DNA of 43,918 nucleotides from Dehalococcoidia bacterium (GTDB lineage: Bacteria > Chloroflexota > Dehalococcoidia > GIF9 > AB-539-J10): the NCBI GenBank assembly GCA_030606165.1, contig JAUWGZ010000001.1:1-43918 (forward strand), in the 5' to 3' direction. Below the pieces are notes generated by a model, which searched no databases, had not been told where the DNA came from, and saw only the letters and a list, made by a program, of their open reading frames with translations. Positions 41,000 through 43,918 of the stretch are shown here, piece by piece. Position 1 is the first letter of the stretch. Each line of letters starts with the position of its first letter. The translations under genes and the position numbers were made by a program.

Positions 41000-41209
41000 T
41001 CATATCATTCGTATCGCTCTTAAAGGACATGCAGCCGAACAAGAGCCACAGCCTACACACATAGATGCATTATGCATGGGAAAGTCATACGGTTGTTCTT
41101 GGAAGAATGCCCTATGTGGGCAAGCATGACCAGCAGCGCAAATGCCGTGGTCGCATCTCTCTGGGTGGCACTCATTAAAATCTATTGATGGGACTGGCTT
41201 TAGAAACAT
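41000..41209 (-). CDS. Small 4Fe-4S ferredoxin-like protein (69 aa) with one atypical Cys motif
   Basis: One canonical CVGCGSCSAACP motif, plus an atypical CHPERCDHGICAAGHACP (C-x4-C-x4-C-x5-CP). Confidence 0.7.
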   Translation of the reverse strand: MFLKPVPSIDFNECHPERCDHGICAAGHACPHRAFFQEQPYDFPMHNASMCVGCGSCSAACPLRAIRMI

Positions 41210-41218
41210 CTTTCTGTC

Positions 41219-41332
41219 CTATTGGCAAAAAAGGATGGATTGAGCTAATTCTGACTGGTAGGCAAATCTATTCTTTTCAAACCAGTTTTCGTGCTCTATA
41301 TAGTGCCGCTCAAAAGGCTTGATTATCGCCAT
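41219..41332 (-). pseudogene. 37-aa ORF resembling only the N-terminus of a class I methyltransferase (possible gene remnant)
   Basis: My translation is MAIIKPFERHYIEHENWFEKNRFAYQSELAQSILFCQ*. The ..Y..WFEKN.FAY.SEL pattern resembles N-termini of Methyltransf_11-type proteins as I recall them. No SAM-binding region follows. Confidence 0.25.
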
Positions 41333-41334
41333 TC

Positions 41335-41871
41335 TTAATGTTGTAATTCGATCAATAACTGGGATAACCTGTCATTTGCCTTTTCCATCTCTTGCGCTGC
41401 TTGTAATACACCATTGTAAGTGGGGTCATCTCCTACACTCTTGGCTTTCTCCGCCCATTTCCTGAATTTCCCACTATCCAGTTTGTTATGCTCCACCCAG
41501 GACGTTAGAAGCACATTAAGCCTGCCCATTTCATCACTTGGAAACCTTACGATAATTTCCTCAACCTTTGACCGGATCACCTGCTCAGGAACTGCACCGA
41601 GGATTTCGTCAACTTGCTGGCCATCAACGAAATACTTCTGCATGGGTATGCTCATAATCTGGTATTTCATTGCCGCCTGTTGATTTTCATCCACATTAAT
41701 CATGCAGAATTTAAATTTACCTTCATATTCCTCTGAGAGCTTCTCGTATATAGGTATAACCATCTTGCATGGGCCACACCAGGGAGCCCAGAAATCGACC
41801 TCTGTAGGAAGGTCTGAATTCAGGACCTCCTCCTCAAAATTTCGATCCGTGATGTCTATTATTTTACTCAT
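41335..41871 (-). CDS. Thioredoxin with about 70-aa helical C-terminal extension
   Basis: FWAPWCGPCK active site. 178 aa versus about 105-110 for a plain thioredoxin. RBS AGGAGG. Confidence 0.88.
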   Translation of the reverse strand: MSKIIDITDRNFEEEVLNSDLPTEVDFWAPWCGPCKMVIPIYEKLSEEYEGKFKFCMINVDENQQAAMKYQIMSIPMQKYFVDGQQVDEILGAVPEQVIRSKVEEIIVRFPSDEMGRLNVLLTSWVEHNKLDSGKFRKWAEKAKSVGDDPTYNGVLQAAQEMEKANDRLSQLLIELQH

Positions 41872-41893
41872 GCTACCTCCTTCTGATTGATCA

Positions 41894-42451
41894 TTAAGCT
41901 GTAACTATAGTACGGACATATCGCGCTTTCCTGAACTTTAGAATGCTGCGCTTTTCAAGATTCTTGGCATCATGATTAAGCGTCTGGGAAATCTCCTTTT
42001 CCAAGCGAAAGTCTGCATTTTTTATCTCATCCTCAGCCCCTGGCTTTATCAGGTTTGGCCAGACTGAAATAGAGATAAAGGCGGCGGGTTTCATGATTCT
42101 GTAAATCTCACCCAGCAGTCTTCTTCTATCCTCTGCCTGCGGGAAATAAAAAGAATGAAAGACATCGAACAGGAGAACCACATCTACAGACTCATCAGCT
42201 AAGTCGATTTCTAGTTTCCCCGATGTCTCCATTCTTTTTATATTTTTCAAACCCGCTGACTCCGCTTTTTGCATCAGTTCATCCAGAGCTTCATTATCCT
42301 TATCCAAGGCGTACACTCTTCCTTGTGCATCGACTATTTTGGCAACCGCAATAGTATATGTTCCCGAGCCACAGCCAAAATCCAGTACAGTTTGTCTTCT
42401 CCTAATCCCTATCTGTTGCAACATTTCAAGGGCTCGTGATTCTAGTTCCAT
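41894..42451 (-). CDS. Class I SAM-dependent methyltransferase
   Basis: VLDFGCGSGTYT motif I and VVLLFDVFH. The start is uncertain: ATG 42451 overlaps trxB by 26 nt and ATG 42424 abuts the trxB stop. The ORF is open to 42619 inside trxB. Confidence 0.75.
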   Translation of the reverse strand: MELESRALEMLQQIGIRRRQTVLDFGCGSGTYTIAVAKIVDAQGRVYALDKDNEALDELMQKAESAGLKNIKRMETSGKLEIDLADESVDVVLLFDVFHSFYFPQAEDRRRLLGEIYRIMKPAAFISISVWPNLIKPGAEDEIKNADFRLEKEISQTLNHDAKNLEKRSILKFRKARYVRTIVTA

Positions 42452-43367
42452 TTCCAACTTCTTGAATATACTTAAAAGCGGACATGGCAGCAGTGACGCC
42501 ATCTCCAACAGCAGCGGAGACCTGGCGAGGTGAGTTCCTGCGTATGTCTCCGGCAGCGAAGACGCCGGGAGCCGAGGTAGCCATCGTCTCATCAGTGATG
42601 ATATATCCAGCATCATCAAGGTCTACAATTTTGAAAAAGCTCTGGCTATTGGGCATGAGCCCTACGGCAACAAAGACACCAGCAACCTCCAAAATGGAGT
42701 GCTGCCCTGTTTTAACATTGCGTAGTTCGAGCCCGCTTAGCAATTTCTCTCCCAGGATTTCTTCTACCACAGTGGTCCAAATGAACTCCAGCTTGGGCTG
42801 GGCAAATGCCCGCTCTCGAAGCACTTTTGCTGCCCTGAGCTGGTCTCGCCGATGTATTACATAGACTTTACTGACATGGCGAGTCAACTCCAAGGCATCA
42901 GTGATAGCAGTGTCACCTCCCCCAACCACTGCTACCTCCCGGTCGCGAAAGAGGAAGCCATCACAGGTGGCGCAGTAAGAAACGCCGTGACCTGAGAGCC
43001 TTTCCTCACCAAGAACTTCCAGCTTGCGATATTCCGAACCAGCAGCAATGATTATAGCTGCAGCTTCAAAGCTTCCCTCGGTGGTCGAGACGCTATAAGG
43101 TTGTTCTTGGGCAATGCCTGTAACCTCAGCAGTTACAATCTCTAGGCCATATTTGGTGGCTTGTTGGTACATGAGCGAACCCAGCTCTAAGCCCGAGATG
43201 CCTTGGGGAAAACCAGGGTAGTTCTCCACCAGGGCAGCATTCACTATTTGACCTCCAAATACGCCCCGTTCGACCAACAGGCTCTTGAGGCCTGCCCGCG
43301 AGGTATAGAGACCGGCAGTAAGCCCGGCAGGACCGCCTCCGATGATGATTACTTCATATTTTGCCAT
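42426..43367 (-). CDS. trxB: Thioredoxin-disulfide reductase
   Basis: VIIIGGGPAGLTA, the redox-active CATCDG motif, VVGGGDTA and AAGD. The start at MAKYEV (43367) has RBS GAGGG. The ORF is open from 43430. Confidence 0.92.
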   Translation of the reverse strand: MAKYEVIIIGGGPAGLTAGLYTSRAGLKSLLVERGVFGGQIVNAALVENYPGFPQGISGLELGSLMYQQATKYGLEIVTAEVTGIAQEQPYSVSTTEGSFEAAAIIIAAGSEYRKLEVLGEERLSGHGVSYCATCDGFLFRDREVAVVGGGDTAITDALELTRHVSKVYVIHRRDQLRAAKVLRERAFAQPKLEFIWTTVVEEILGEKLLSGLELRNVKTGQHSILEVAGVFVAVGLMPNSQSFFKIVDLDDAGYIITDETMATSAPGVFAAGDIRRNSPRQVSAAVGDGVTAAMSAFKYIQEVGNGTRITSP

Positions 43368-43387
43368 TGGCCCTCTTTCCCCGTAGT

Positions 43388-43654
<267 letters not shown>

Positions 43655-43681
43655 TTATTGACCTCCTTAATTTATTGTTAT

Positions 43682-43918
43682 TTATGCTAAACCTTTCCAG
43701 CTCTCTTGCTCCATAGCCAAGAAAGCCAGACGCTCCTCCTGATTCATCTCCGCTACCCTGATTTGGACTTTCGCACCCAGTTTCATTACTGTTTGGTGCA
43801 GGCTGTTTACGAGATAGTCCTTGATGGAGACCGGAATAGCTAAGAAAGGGAGCGTGGGCGTAAGCGTGACCTCATCGTCCTTCAAAACTATATCCTTGAC
43901 CATTCCCAGCTCAACTAG
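43682..43918 (-). CDS. DUF59 (SufT/PaaD-like Fe-S assembly) domain protein, N-terminus beyond the window edge
   Basis: The reading frame stays open to the window end (..LVELGMVKDIVLKDDEVTLTPTLP..), which is typical DUF59 core sequence. The ATG at 43903 is probably internal. Confidence 0.6.
   Translation of the reverse strand, partial: LVELGMVKDIVLKDDEVTLTPTLPFLAIPVSIKDYLVNSLHQTVMKLGAKVQIRVAEMNQEERLAFLAMEQESWKGLA

Overview
This is a 43.9-kb bacterial chromosomal window with moderate GC. Shine-Dalgarno sites are strong, and TGA, TAA and TAG all serve as ordinary stops. No rRNA, tRNA, CRISPR array, integrase or transposase was found. Gene content and order (rsmD-coaD, clpC-radA-ispD-ispF, a DUF5679 zinc ribbon, an eRF1/Vms1-like protein, many Fe-S proteins) suggest an anaerobic Chloroflexota/Firmicutes-like organism; this is inference only.

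Layout:
- 1-7.6 kb (minus strand): a three-gene signalling operon. It encodes a MerR/excisionase-type HTH protein, a soluble 2028-aa histidine kinase with about a dozen PAS modules plus a GAF-like module, and a REC + HD-GYP response regulator.
- 7.9-25.4 kb: housekeeping genes (uvrB, gltX, leuS, proC, coaD, rsmD, clpC, radA, ispD, ispF). Interspersed are a methyltransferase/radical-SAM pair, an eRF1/Vms1-like protein and a YfhL-type ferredoxin.
- 25.8-37 kb (plus strand): the most unusual part. It is a tightly coupled cluster resembling the Desulfovibrio orange-protein (ORP) locus: DUF134 regulator, two MinD-like ATPases with ferredoxin inserts, two NifX/ORP-like proteins and an Mrp-like ATPase. 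Interleaved with these are a paralog array of DUF5320-like Gly/Arg/Tyr/Met-rich proteins and FmdB zinc ribbons. It is followed by an IscU-like scaffold, MobB, a J-domain protein, a radical SAM protein and two MBL-fold proteins.
- 37-43.9 kb (minus strand): a CPPC-containing FAD oxidoreductase; a second metallocentre-type cluster (ferredoxin-like protein, Fe-S domain with the same RG-rich tail, CooC-like ATPase, ArsR, FkbM methyltransferase, third FmdB ribbon); and a thioredoxin / methyltransferase / trxB / ferredoxin / DUF59 operon.

All family assignments come from motifs read by eye in the translations. No database search was run.
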